A stretch of DNA of 64,000 nt from the NCBI RefSeq assembly GCF_006345805.1, contig NC_043002.1, positions 42,842,001-42,906,000 on the forward strand, read 5' to 3'. Shown here one piece after another: positions 1 through 12,957 of the stretch (the stretch's first letter is position 1; each line of letters starts with the position of its first letter). Under the pieces are notes generated by a model, which had not been told where the DNA came from, did no database searches, and worked only from the letters and a program-made list of their open reading frames with translations. The position numbers and the translations under genes are program-made. This DNA is from Octopus sinensis (Eukaryota).

Positions 1-1619
1 GAATGGCAAAGTCAATCGCAACGGTATTTGAACTCAGAACGCGAAGACCTGGAAGAAATGTCTTTGAGCAATTAATTCGGTGCGCTAACGATTTGCCTCA
101 AAAGGGCGAAAAGTTCACAAAGCCAACAAGCCTGAAAAGTTTTGGTAGGCATTATAATATAATTACAACTGTAATAAAAATCCTTAAGGCAGAACAACAA
201 AAATCCTTAAATCAGAACAGCAAAAGTCAATAACAACTTAAGAGCTCCAACACAACGTCTTTCTCTTGTAAGCACAATAATAATCTTTTTTAATACAGGT
301 ACAAAACCTGAAATTTGGGCGGAGTGAGTAGTCGATACTTATTGATCATCAGGATTTGATTGGTATTTATTTACTTAATCGAGTCTGAAAAGATAAAAAG
401 TGACATCAGTTGCATTTGAACCCAGAATGTAAAAAGCCGGAAGAAAATGTTGCTAAGCGTTTTAACTGGTGTGGTAATGAATCTGCTAGCTCGCCACCAT
501 CAAGGCTGTCCATAAATAATAAAATACAAAGAAAAAGGGAGGTGGCAAGAAAGAGAGATAAACAGACAAACATATTCATATCATTCATGGCATATAGAAA
601 AATGTAACCCCTCTCTTCACCCAGCATTTATTTTACCTTCTAAATTGGGATTAGGATTTCAAAAGATTGGGGTAGCGTCGAAATACTATTAGTTTGTGGA
701 ATTATAAATATTGTGAGAGAGAACAACTAGCTCTTGTTGATGAAATTCCTGTTTAGAATAGAGGTGTTGTCTGTTATCATATACACGTCTTTCAAAGCGC
801 CTTCAGTGACAAAAAAAAAAAAATAAGAAAAGAACTAAAAAATCTCGAGAACATTCGTGTGCACATATAGGTTGTGTCCGTGTGTAATGATGTGTGTGGT
901 TGTGTCTATTTGTAATGATGTGTGATACGTGTATGTTTATGTATGTGTTCATGATACGTGTATGTGTGTGTTAGCGTACGCGCGTACGTGGTTGTATTCA
1001 TGTGTAATGATGTATGTGTGTACGTTAACCAAATATGAAATGAATGGAAATTGTTTGATTGGCTTGCTAGAACAGATATATTTTATATTAGACCTTATAC
1101 AATCAAGACTTGTGACTTAGAGTTGTTATTGAAGTATGGTATGCTGAATATCTCTCGTTGTGAGACTTACAAATAATAATTTTCTACGGCGTATGCACTT
1201 CAATTCTACATAGAAAGAATAAAAAGAGACGAAGAAATATAGATCTCCGTACAAGAAATATGAGGGACTAAGAAAATGTTAAAAATAATGGCGTTGTTTA
1301 ACATTAGGTCAGCGCTGATCGATCAGACCGATTATCAAAACATTCCAGCCGTAATCATCTCATCTTTACACATATTTATTGTATACGCAGACTACATTAT
1401 CCAATGTATTTTCCTTTAAAAACATCATAGGTCAGGCGTGGCTGTGTGGTTAAGAAGCTTGCTTCCCGATCACGTGATCTTCGGTTCAGTCCCACTTCAC
1501 GTCAGCTTAGGCAAGTGTCTTCTACTGTAGTCCCTGGCCGACCAAAGCCGTTTGAGTAGATTTGGTAGACGGGAACTGACAGAAGCCCGTCGGATATATA
1601 TATAATATATATATATATT

Positions 1620-1737
1620 AAATTCTCTGAAGAGGCCGTGAAACATCCTTGTTAATGTCTCATTTATACCTGCTTTATATGGCTAATAGGTTAAATGAGA
1701 CATACTTGTCCTCATGGCCGAAACAGCTGTCAGATAT
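1620..1737 (+). ncRNA. Minimal type I hammerhead ribozyme (Penelope-like element type) with extended stem II
   Basis: CTGAAGA 1627-1633. Stem II GGCCGTGA...TCATGGCC. GAAA 1720-1723. Palindromic CAGCTG stem III. GTC cleavage triplet ending at 1731. Stem I only TCT/AGA. Confidence 0.65.
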
Positions 1738-1901
1738 GATGTAATTGTATTTTATATTTCTATTTCCATGTCTAGTTATATTTACAATATACTATGTATA
1801 ATGTCTTTGCTGTTATGTAATGGTGTAATAAAGTATTGATTGGGTATTATCTGATGGTTGATGATTGATTGATATAAGTATGTTTCTCCATTTTCTCATT
1901 T

Positions 1902-1949
<48 letters not shown>

Positions 1950-2099
1950 GATACACACATATATGTATATGTGCAAAAACAGTAATGACATGAACTTTTG
2001 AATGGAAATTTATAAATACTTTAATGCATTGCTACGTATGTTTCCACAAAGCACATGTTTTATGGCTCCATTCCCTTTCTCCCTTATATATATATACAC

Positions 2100-2480
2100 A
2101 CACAAGCAAAACGCCCGCCCCATCCAATGGACGGTGCTGAGTTGTCAAACCTTTAAACCAAATTTTCTCAAAACAACTTGACCGACAGTCCCATAGGCCT
2201 CCCCTTTGAGAAACACTGATTTAACCTAAATTTGAGACACCAGCAAAAGAAAAAATATGGACAGACTTTTTTCTATTCCAAGAAAAACGATTTTACAAAT
2301 GCACGTTCCCTCGGCTTTATCGATTGCATTCTCACCTGGAATTGATTTTTGTAATTTTTTCAAGGCTTATACACGCCCTGATACCGTCGGTATCTACATA
2401 TCAAATTTGAGCGCAATCGGATGGAGGATACTCGAGATCCTAGAAGACACACAGACAGACAGAACGGATTTTATATAATA
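2100..2480. mobile_element. Non-autonomous Helitron/Helentron (DINE-1-like) remnant
   Basis: Ends in caaatttgagcgcaatcggatgg...acagacagacagaacggattttatata, an arrangement typical of DINE-1-like elements. Recognised by pattern only. Confidence 0.45.
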
Positions 2481-2516
2481 TATAATATATAATATATATA
2501 TATACACACATATATA

Positions 2517-2549
<33 letters not shown>

Positions 2550-2837
2550 TTATGTATGTATGTATGTATGTATGTATGTATGTATGTATGTATGTATGTA
2601 TGTATGTATGTATGTGTGTGTGTATTTTTGTAAAGGTAAGATCAAAGGGTCAAAGTATAGGAAGTTAGTCAGTTCTAGGCAATCCGTAGAAGATATAAAA
2701 ATCAAGTTTCAGGAACAATAGTGGTTCATAGGCGCAGTATATTGTGAATTTTCCCCATATCGAATTATGATAAAATGAAAAATTAGGGGTTGTTGTATAT
2801 GCGAATAAATGTTCTCTAATATATATATATAATATAT

Positions 2838-2879
<42 letters not shown>

Positions 2880-2929
2880 GAGAGAGAGAGAGAAGAGAGA
2901 GAGGGGTAAATATATATATGTGTGTGTGT

Positions 2930-3138
2930 GGAGTGGCTGTGTGGTAAGTAGCTTGCTTACCAGCTACATGGTTCCGGGTTCAGTCCCACTGCGTGGGCAG
3001 GTGTCTTTTACTCTAGCCTCGGGTCGACCAAAGCCTTGTGAGTGGATTTGGTCGACAGAAACTGAAATAAGCCCGTCGTATATACATACATACATACATA
3101 CATACATACATACATACATACATACATACATACATACA

Positions 3139-3169
<31 letters not shown>

Positions 3170-3373
3170 GTGTGTGTATGTGTGTGTGCGTCTGTGTTTG
3201 TCCCCACTGCCATCGCTGATAACTGCTGTTGGTATGTTTACGTTTCCTTAACTTAGCGGTTCGGCAAAAGAGGCCAATGGAATAAGTACTAGGTTTACAA
3301 AGAATAAGTCACGGAGTCAATTTGCCGGTGCTCCAGCATGGCCGCAGTCAAATGACTGAAACAAAGAAAAGAA
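2930..3373 (+). mobile_element. SINE family A (tRNA-derived head, CORE-like region, internal TA/TG microsatellite)
   Basis: Head gagtggctgtgtggtaagtagc...ggttcagtccc. Tail ccagcatggccgcagtcaaatgactgaaac. Confidence 0.85.
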
Positions 3374-3385
3374 TGTATATATATA

Positions 3386-3850
3386 TACATATAAGAGGGA
3401 TGACCACTAAGTGGACATCCATTATGCTAGATGTAGACCCCGTATAGTCTGACCATTAAGAAAAGATTGTACTCAAAAAAATTCAGCAAACGCTAGAACG
3501 GAAGCGAGCAAGACGAATGAAAACATACAAAATATAAAGATTAATCACAAACCCGATTTCATTGTTACCACCTACGTAATATTTACTATACACGAGACGT
3601 TCGCATGCGGACGCCACGTGTATAGTTCTGATGAATAGCGGAAATTTACGTAAATGTTACGCAAGTGGTAACAATGAAACCGGGTTTGTGATTAATCTTT
3701 ATATTTTGTATCTTTTCATTTCTCTTGCTCGGTTACGTTCAGGCGTTTGCTGAATTTTCTTGAGAACAATCTTTTCTTAGTGGTCACACCATACGGGATA
3801 TACATCTAGCATAATGGATGTCCACTTAGTGGTCATCCTTCTTATATGTA
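3386..3850. mobile_element. Foldback/MITE-like element with ~190-bp inverted arms
   Basis: tacatataagagggatgaccactaagtggacatccattatgctagatg... versus ...catctagcataatggatgtccacttagtggtcatccttcttatatgta. Confidence 0.85.
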
Positions 3851-4084
3851 TGTAATACAATTTTTTTAAATCTTCAGATTTTTCAATATGCTAGGCCACT
3901 GGTTTTAAATCAATATTAATCAAATCAATATTCAATTTTTACGCCGCTTATTATTTAAATTATATATATATAGGATGAAAGTTTTTCAGAAAAAATTCCA
4001 TCAAAAAGTGTAAGCATATTAAAATACCTTTAAAGGTTAAAATTATAATAATAAATAATTTTTCTTTTGCCCTTGTTTACAAGT

Positions 4085-4130
<46 letters not shown>

Positions 4131-4210
4131 GTTTGAATTCGTAAATCTTCCCCTGGCAAAACTTTGGTGCGTATATATATATATATATATATATGTATAA
4201 TATATATATT

Positions 4211-4244
<34 letters not shown>

Positions 4245-4246
<2 letters not shown>

Positions 4247-4720
4247 CTACAAAATTAGAGAATGGAGAAACATACTTAAATCAATAAAACATCAACTATC
4301 CGATGATACCCATCAATACTTTAATACACCATTACATATGAGAAAGGTATTATATAAAATGAGATATACAGTAATAGTAAAAGATAAAGAGATATAAGTA
4401 AAAATTTTCAAATATAATATGCAATTAAATCAAAACTGACAGCTGTTTCGGCAGTGAGGGCAGTCATACCTCATTTAACCTAGAGGTTAAATAGGTATGA
4501 CTGCCCTCACTGCCGAAACAGCTGTCAGTTTTTGATTTAATTGCATATTATATTTGAAAATTTTTACTTATATCTCTTTATCTTTTTACTATTACTGTAT
4601 ATCTCATTTTATATAATACCTTTACTCATATGTAATGGTGTATTAAAGTATTGATTGGGTATCATCGATAGTTGATGTTTTATTGATTTAAGTATGTTTC
4701 TCTTCTCTAATTTTGTAGTA
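4245..4720. repeat. ~476-bp near-perfect palindrome of a Penelope-like pLTR sequence (second copy ~7230-7706)
   Basis: tactacaaaattagag... pairs with ...ctctaattttgtagta. Axis at ~4482. Each arm carries GAAACAGCTGTCAG. Arms are homologous to 1720-1900. Confidence 0.9.
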
Positions 4721-4890
4721 TTAATTTACGGTAATATTATTACCTTTACCCATATAATACAATAGATGAACTGATTGTTTGACAATTTTTAACATCTATG
4801 TATTAATCTTGTTGGGTACCTATCTGGCAGTATATTGGATATATCTTTCCCATGGTGGGTTGAATTTTCAACCCCTATCTCATTTTATAA

Positions 4891-5009
<119 letters not shown>

Positions 5010-5027
5010 ATAATATATATAATATCA

Positions 5028-6500
5028 TCATCATCATCATCATCATTTAACGTCCGCTTTCCATGCTAGCATGGGTTGGACGGTTCAACTGGGGTCTGGG
5101 AGCCCGAAAGCTGCACCAGTCCAGTCAGATCTGGCAGTGTTTCTACAGCTGGATGCCCTTCCTAACGCCAACCACTCCGAGAGTGTAGTGGGTGATTTAT
5201 GTGCCACCGACACAGGTGCCAGACGAGGCTGACAAACGGCCACGCTCGGATGTGTTTTTTATGTGCCACCGACACAGGTGCCAGACGAGGCTGGCAGACG
5301 GCCACGCTCGGATGGTGTTTTTTATGTGCCACCGACACAGGTGCCAGACGAGGCTGGCAGACGGCCACGCTCGGATGGTGTTTTTATGTGCCACCGACAC
5401 AGGTGCCAGACGAGGCTGGCAGACGGCCACGCTCGGATGGTGTTTTTATGTGCCACCGACACAGGTGCCAGATGAGGCTGGCAAACGGCCACGATCGGAT
5501 GGTGCTTGTTACGTGCCCACAGCACGGAGGCCAGTCGATGCGGTACTGGCTACGGCCACGTTCGGATGGTTTTCCTTATGTGCCTCGTGCCACCGGCACT
5601 GGTACCACAAAGATACAAATTCCATTGATGTTCATCTATTTTGATTTGTTTTGATTTGATTTGATTTTCACTTGCCTCAACAGGTCTTCACAAGTGTCAC
5701 AAGAAGGAAGGTATGCACAGTGGACTGACTACGTCCCAGGTAGGGGCCATGGGTTATGGCCTGACTAGTCTTGCCGGGTCTTCGGATGGTGTTTTTATGT
5801 GCCACCGACCAGGTGCTAGATGAGGCTGGCGAACGGCCACGATCGGATGGTGTTTGTCATGTGCCCACCGCACTGACTACGGCACTGATGGATTTCTTGT
5901 GTGCCACAGGCACTGGTACCACAAGATACAAATTCCATTGATGTTCATCTATTTTGTCTATTTTGATTTGATTTGATTTGATTTTCACTTGCCTCAACCG
6001 GTCTTCACAAGTGTCACAAGAAGGAAGGAAGTATGCACAGGTGGACTGACTAGTCTTGCCGGGTCTTCGGAAGGTGTTTTTTATTGCCACCGACACAGGT
6101 GCCAGATGAGGCTGGCGAACGGCCATGATCGGATGGTGTTTGTTACGTGCCCACAGCACGGAGGCCGGTCGATGCGGAACTGGCTACGGCCCGTTCGGAT
6201 GGTTCTCATGTGTGCCACCGGCACTGGTACCACAAAGTGTGTGCCACACCGGCACTGGTACCACAAGATACAGATTCCATTGATGTTCATCTATTTTGAT
6301 TTGTTTTGATTTGATTTTCACTTGCCTCAACAGGTCTTCACAAGTGTCACAAGAAGGAAGGTATGCACAGGTGGACTGACTACGTCCAGGTAGGGGCCAT
6401 GGGTTATGGCCTGACTAGTCTTGCCGGGTCTTCGGATGGTGTTTTTTATGCCACCGACACAGGTGCTAGATGAGGCTGGCGAACGGCCCGATCGGATGGT
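5028..6500 (-). mobile_element. SINE family C (RTE-type 3' tail CCATGCTAGCATGG...(ATG)n) with expanded internal ~62-bp tandem repeats and ~310-340-bp higher-order units
   Basis: atgtgccaccgacacagg at 5261, 5324, 5386 and 5448. The agataca module recurs at 5611, 5924 and 6266. Duplicate at ~8000-9480. Confidence 0.8.
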
Positions 6501-6513
6501 GTTATATATATAT

Positions 6514-6559
<46 letters not shown>

Positions 6560-6560
6560 T

Positions 6561-6599
<39 letters not shown>

Positions 6600-7060
6600 T
6601 ATTATGAGAGGTAATGGTGTCAAGAAGACCCAAAGGTGTCAGTTAATGCTGAGTAAGTGCTATGGATAGACTGTAGTTAAGCTCCAGGTTCGGTGATTAT
6701 GCGAATGAGGAGTCCAACGTAGGTCATATATCAGCAAGTGTATATATATATATAAATTAACAGAATGAAATAAAAATCCAAGGCTGTGAAATATTTCAGA
6801 ACATTTATAAATAGGTCTTACAGCTGTTTCCGAAATATTTTATATATTCCTTCATCGAAGACGGTGTGAGAGGATGGTTAAGCAATAGTTATTCTATATA
6901 AGATATGAAATAGAGAGTGAAGTGGAGGACTGAAAATAAACGTGAGATATGCAGGGATATTGTAGCTTCAGTTTCATTATTTAGGCAGAATGGTATACAT
7001 ATAAGATTCCTGTACCTTCTGATTAAGTTCCAATAGTATTTAATAGCATTTAAAATTGGT
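6600..7060 (-). mobile_element. Penelope-like 3' remnant with degenerate HHR at 6813-6864 (duplicated at ~9575-10040)
   Basis: Minus strand reads GTCT-TCGATGA-AGGAATAT...ATATTTCG-GAAACAGCTGTA-AGAC. An upstream ...CLNNET frame remnant resembles a PLE GIY-YIG C-terminus. Confidence 0.5.
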
Positions 7061-7163
7061 TATATATGTGTGTGTGTGTGTGTATGTATATATATATATC
7101 TGTATGCATGTAAGCATGGCTTTATGTATTTGTGTTGTGCGTGTGTGTGCATATATATATATA

Positions 7164-7214
<51 letters not shown>

Positions 7215-7881
7215 ATATATAATATATAATACTACAAAATTAGAGAAGGAGAAACATCCTTAAATCAATAAAACATCAACTATCCGATGATACCCAATCA
7301 ATACTTTAATAATACACCATTACATATGAGTAAAGGTATTATATAAAATGATATATACAGTAATAGTAAAAAGATAAAGAATATAAGTAAAAAATTTCAA
7401 TATAATATGCAATTAATCAAAACTGACAGCTGTTTCGTCGGCAGGGGCAGTCATACCCATTTAACCTTAGGGTTAAATGGGTATGACTGCCCTCACTGCC
7501 GAAACGCTGTCAGTTTTGATTTAATTGCATATTATATTTGAAAATTTTTACTTATATCTCTTTATCTTTTTACTATTACTGTATATCTCATTTTATATAA
7601 TACCTTTACTCATATTAATGGTGTATTAAAGTATTGATTGGGTATCATCGGATAGTTGATGTTTTATTGATTTAAGTATTTTTTCTCCATTCTCTAATTT
7701 TTTAGTATTAATTTACGGTAATATTATTACCTTTACCCATATAATACAATAGATGAACTGATTGGTTGACAATTTTTAACATCTATGTTTAATCTTGTTG
7801 GGTACCTATCTGGCAGTATATTGGATATATATTATCCCATGGTGGTTGAATTTCAACCCCTATCTCATTTTATAACCTATA

Positions 7882-7985
<104 letters not shown>

Positions 7986-9486
7986 TATATATATAATATA
8001 TATCATCATCATTCATCATCATCATTTAACGTCCGCTTTCCATGCTAGCATGGGTTGGACGGTTCAACTGGGGTCTGGGAGCCCGAAAGCTGCACCAGTC
8101 CTCAGATCTGGCAGTGTTTCTACAGCTGGATGCCCTTCCTACGCCAACCACTCCGAGATTGTAGTGGGTGATTTTATGTGCCACCGACACAGTGCCAGAC
8201 GAGGCTGACAAACGGCCACGCTCGATGGTGTTTTTTATGTGCCACCGACACAGGTGCCAGACGAGCTGGCAGACGGCCACGCTCGGATGGTGTTTTTATG
8301 TGCCACCGACACAGGTGCCAGACGAGGCTGGCAGACGGCCACGCTCGGATGGTGTTTTTATGTGCCACCGACACAGGTGCCAGACGAGGCTGGCAGACGG
8401 CCACGCTCGGATGGTGTTTTTTGTGCCACCGACACAGGTGCCAGATGAGGCTGGCAACGGCCACGATCGGATGGTGCTTGTTACGTGCCCACAGCACGGA
8501 GGCCAGTCGATGCGGTACTGGCTACGGCGCACTTCGGATGGTTTTCCTTATGTGCCTCGTGCCACCGGCACTGGCACTGTACCACAACAAGATACAAATT
8601 CCATTGATGTTCATCTATTTTGATTTGTTTTGATTTGATTTGATTTTCCTTGCCTCAACAGGTCTTCACAAGTGTCACAAGAAGGAAGGTATGCACAGGT
8701 GGACTGACTACGTCCCAGTAGGGGGGCCATGGTTATGGCCTGACTAGTCTTGCCGGTCTTCGGATGGTGTTTTTATGTGCCACCGACACAGGTGCTAGAT
8801 GAGGCTGGCGAACGGCCACGATCGATGGTGTTTGTCATGTGCCCACCGCACGACTACGCACTGATTGATTTCTTGTGTGCCACAGGCACTGGTACCACAA
8901 GATACAAATTCCATTGATTTTCATCTATTTTGTCTATTTTGATTTGATTTGATTTGATTTTCACTTGCCTCAACCGGTCTTCACAAGTGTCACAAGAGGA
9001 AGGAAGGTATGCACAGGTGGACTGACTAGTCTTGCCGGTCTTCGGAAGGTGTTTTTTATGTGCCACCGACCAGTGTCCAGATGAGGCTGGCGAACGGCCA
9101 TGATCGGATGGTGTTTGTTACGTGCCCACAGCACGGAGGCGGTCGATGCGGAACTGGCTACGGCCACGTTCGGATGGTTCTCATGTGTGCCACGGCACTG
9201 GTACCACAAAGTGTGTGCCACCGGCACTGGTACCACAAAATACAGATTCCATTGATGTTCATCTATTTTGATTTGTTTTGATTGATTTTCACTTGCCTCA
9301 ACAGGTCTTCACAAGTGTCACAAGAAGGAAGGTATGCACAGGTGGACTGACTACGTCCCAGGTAGGGGCCATGGGTTATGGCCTGACTAGTCTTGCCGGG
9401 TCTTCGGATGGTGTTTTTATGTGCCACCGACACAGGTGCTAGATGAGGCTGGCGAACGGCCCGATCGGATGGTGTTATATATATAT

Positions 9487-9575
<89 letters not shown>

Positions 9576-10137
9576 TATGAGAGGTAATGGTGTCAAGAAG
9601 ACCCAAAGTGTCATTAAATGCTGAGTAAGTGCTATGGATAGACTGTAGTTAAGCTCCATGTTCGTTGATTATGCGAATGAGGAGTCCAACGTAGGTCATA
9701 TATCAGCAAGTGTATATATATATATAAATTAACAGAATGAAATAAAAATCCAAGGCTGTGAAATATTTCAGAACATTTATAAATAGGTCTTACAGCTGTT
9801 TCCGAAATATTTTATATATTCCTCATCTCGAGACGGTGTGAGAGGATGGTTAAGCATATTATTATTCTATATAAGATAGAAATAGAGAGTGAAGTGGAGG
9901 ACTGAAAATAACGTGAGATATGCAGGGATATTGTAGCTTCAGTTTCATTATTTAGGCAGAATGGTATACATATAAGATTCCTGTACCTTCTGATTAAGTT
10001 CCAATAGTATTTAATAGCATTTAAAATTGGTTATATATGTGGTGTGTTTGTGTGTATGTATATATATATATCTGTATGCATGTAAGCATGGCTTTATGTA
10101 TTTGTGTTGTGCGTGTGTGTGCATATATATATATATA

Positions 10138-10172
<35 letters not shown>

Positions 10173-10384
10173 TATAACGGGAAGCTTCATGAAAATAGAC
10201 AAAAGACGAAGGTAGGTGGAAAACAAACAAACAATTGTATTAGTATGGCGCTCAGGAAATATAAATAAAACAAGTCTTTAACGTTTCGAGCCTACGCTCT
10301 TCAACAGAAAGATACACAGAGAGAAAAAAAACACAGAAAGAAGGAGAGAAAAAAATGCGTGCAGTAACTAACGAATCAACATGG

Positions 10385-10424
<40 letters not shown>

Positions 10425-10948
10425 GCATGCATATATGTGTGTATGTGTTTATGTTTGCTCCCCAATGCTTGATAACCGGTGTCGGTTTGTTTATATCCCT
10501 GTCATTTAGCGGTTAGGAAATAGCAACCAATATAATAAGAACCAGGTTTAAAAGTTTTTCTACTAGGGTCGATTTCTTTAACTAAACCCGTCAAGATGGT
10601 GCCCCAGCATGACTACCTTCCAAAAATTGATCTCTACCCACGACATTGCAGAATGGAGTGGATCTGGTTTTTAAAGAGAAATGTTGAAAGCAAGATATGC
10701 TTGAAATGTAAACTAAGTTTTCTTCTCAACAGATACGCTTCAATTTTGTCGATTTTGTCATTTATATTTATTACTGAATTCGTAATTACCGAGGCAGATC
10801 TCCACTACACACGTAGATTTCTAGCAATTATATTCAGAATCTAATTATGCCAGCAAATCATGATATAAATGAAGAAAGCCATGAAGCAAAGAAATCAAAT
10901 CAAAACGAGTCGGTGGCAGGGGGGCAGAAAGAAAGAAAAAAAATAACC

Positions 10949-10949
<1 letters not shown>

Positions 10950-11015
<66 letters not shown>

Positions 11016-11041
11016 GAGAGAGAGAGAGAGAGAAAGAAAGA

Positions 11042-11099
<58 letters not shown>

Positions 11100-11100
11100 A
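10950..11100. repeat. (GA)n compound microsatellite
   Basis: Read directly. Source of the poly-ER and poly-SL ORFs. Confidence 0.95.
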
Positions 11101-11319
11101 TGAGAAAAAATTGCTGGGCATAGCGACAAATGATAATTTGCGTTTTTGAACCTAGTTGAGAAAATCTGCATATTATTTGCAACGAAAGCAATTCTACACA
11201 CGTACGTGTAAGGTGACATCTGAAGCACAATACAGAGTGGCTATGTCGTTAAGAATTCGATTAAGCAATCATAAGCTGTGGATTTCTGGAGATTATTCGT
11301 AGGCCCCGGTTCGAAACTC

Positions 11320-11600
11320 ATTCAGAACCGACAAGGGGGTTGATTTGCGTCAACTCGAGACATGGGGGAACAACCTTGATGGCCCGAACACATCATACTA
11401 AATAGTTCCGGTAGGTAGACATTCACCCTAGCTACCGAGCAGATGTCACTATAAATTACGGCGGTCCAACTGTGGCAGACAGGACCGAAGCTAGCTGCCG
11501 TGTGAGCAGGCACCAAGAATTGGTAGTCGACCCTATCAAAAGCTTTCGATTGTTCTAAATTGATCAGGCCTCCACATATTCGAGATTCTTTATCCATATT
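11320..11600 (-). pseudogene. L1/Tx1-like LINE reverse transcriptase fragment
   Basis: GGLINLEQSKAFDRVDYQFL...FGP...W...Y...VNV...QGC matches the L1-clade RT segment DxxKAFDRV to RQGCPLSP. Confidence 0.8.
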
Positions 11601-11660
11601 CTCTGTGTAGAGTCACCTGAGGTACCAGCTGTCGCAGATAGATCTGTTTGATATCTCTAT

Positions 11661-12066
11661 TCTCTCTTTTCTCTTTTACTTGTTTCCGTCATTTGACTGC
11701 GGCCATGCTGGAGCACCGCCTTTCGTCGAGCAAATCGACCCCGGGACTTATTCTTTTGTAAGCCCAGTACTTATTCTATCGGTCTCTTTTGCTGAACCGC
11801 TAAGAAACGGGGACATAAACACACCAGCATCGATAGTCAAGCAATGATAGGGAGACAATCACAGACACACAAACACACACATGCATATATATATATACAT
11901 ATATACGACGGGCTTCTTTCAGTTTCCGTCTACCAAATCCACTCACAAGGCTTTGGTCGGCCCGAGGCTATAGCAGAAGACACTTGCCCAAGGTGCCACG
12001 CAGTGGGACTGAATCCGGAACCATGTGGTTGGTAAACAAACTACTTACCACACAGCCACTCCTGCG
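11661..12066 (-). mobile_element. SINE family A, full length
   Basis: Reverse complement of the family A consensus motifs. Confidence 0.85.
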
Positions 12067-12957
12067 CCTATGTGTATGTTTGCGCAACAAAAATTAAGTA
12101 CCAGTCATTTTGCTAATATCATGGCCAAAACTTTGAAATATGTTTAACAGAGATAGAGGGAAAAAGTTATCGATGTGATCCCCCTTGTTTGGGTCCTTTC
12201 TCGGAAGCGCCACCACTCCTCGATTCACAGAAGTAGGAATTCTCCCGTTCTATTGCCAGTTGTGATAGATATATACCATGAGATCTCAAAACATATAGCC
12301 TTTCCACTATTATAGAAGAGCTGTAAAAGGATGTTATTTTAGTGTACATTGAGCACTTCAAGATATAGAATTTAACTTCAAAGCTCTCTAGAAAATGAAT
12401 ATTCTAAATCGGATGATAGACCCATTTGGAACAATTGTAGCTGATGTTGATATTATACTACAAGAAAGTGTTATTGACTTGCAGAGTAATCAAAATAGTC
12501 ACGTTAAATTTCATCATGGATGCAATAACTTATGAACAAGTAGTGAAATTATTACGAAATCCCCATTGCTTTGGCGGAAGTAAAAGTATATTTCATTGCC
12601 GTTCCTACTTCTTACCTAGGTGAGTCAAGTTTTAGTCGAGTGCCTTTCTTACTGCCAAAGTTCGTAATTGCTTAGAATTTGTAAGTAAATATGGTCAGTG
12701 TTTGAATGTTGAAGCAAAGAATACTCCTCACACACCCCATGAGCTGCCTACACCCCGCTCCACTTACTCCTATTGACCTTCCCCATCACCAATTCTATCT
12801 TTAAATTTTCCTGTGTTATGATTTGAAATGTTAGATACCTATTTCTTCATCCAGAATTAAATCATTTGTAGAATATAGAAAGAAGGTTAGTAACTGTAAC
12901 TTTATTAAAAAGTCGAAAATTAACTTTCTTCCCAACTCTATAAACAAATACGAAAAC

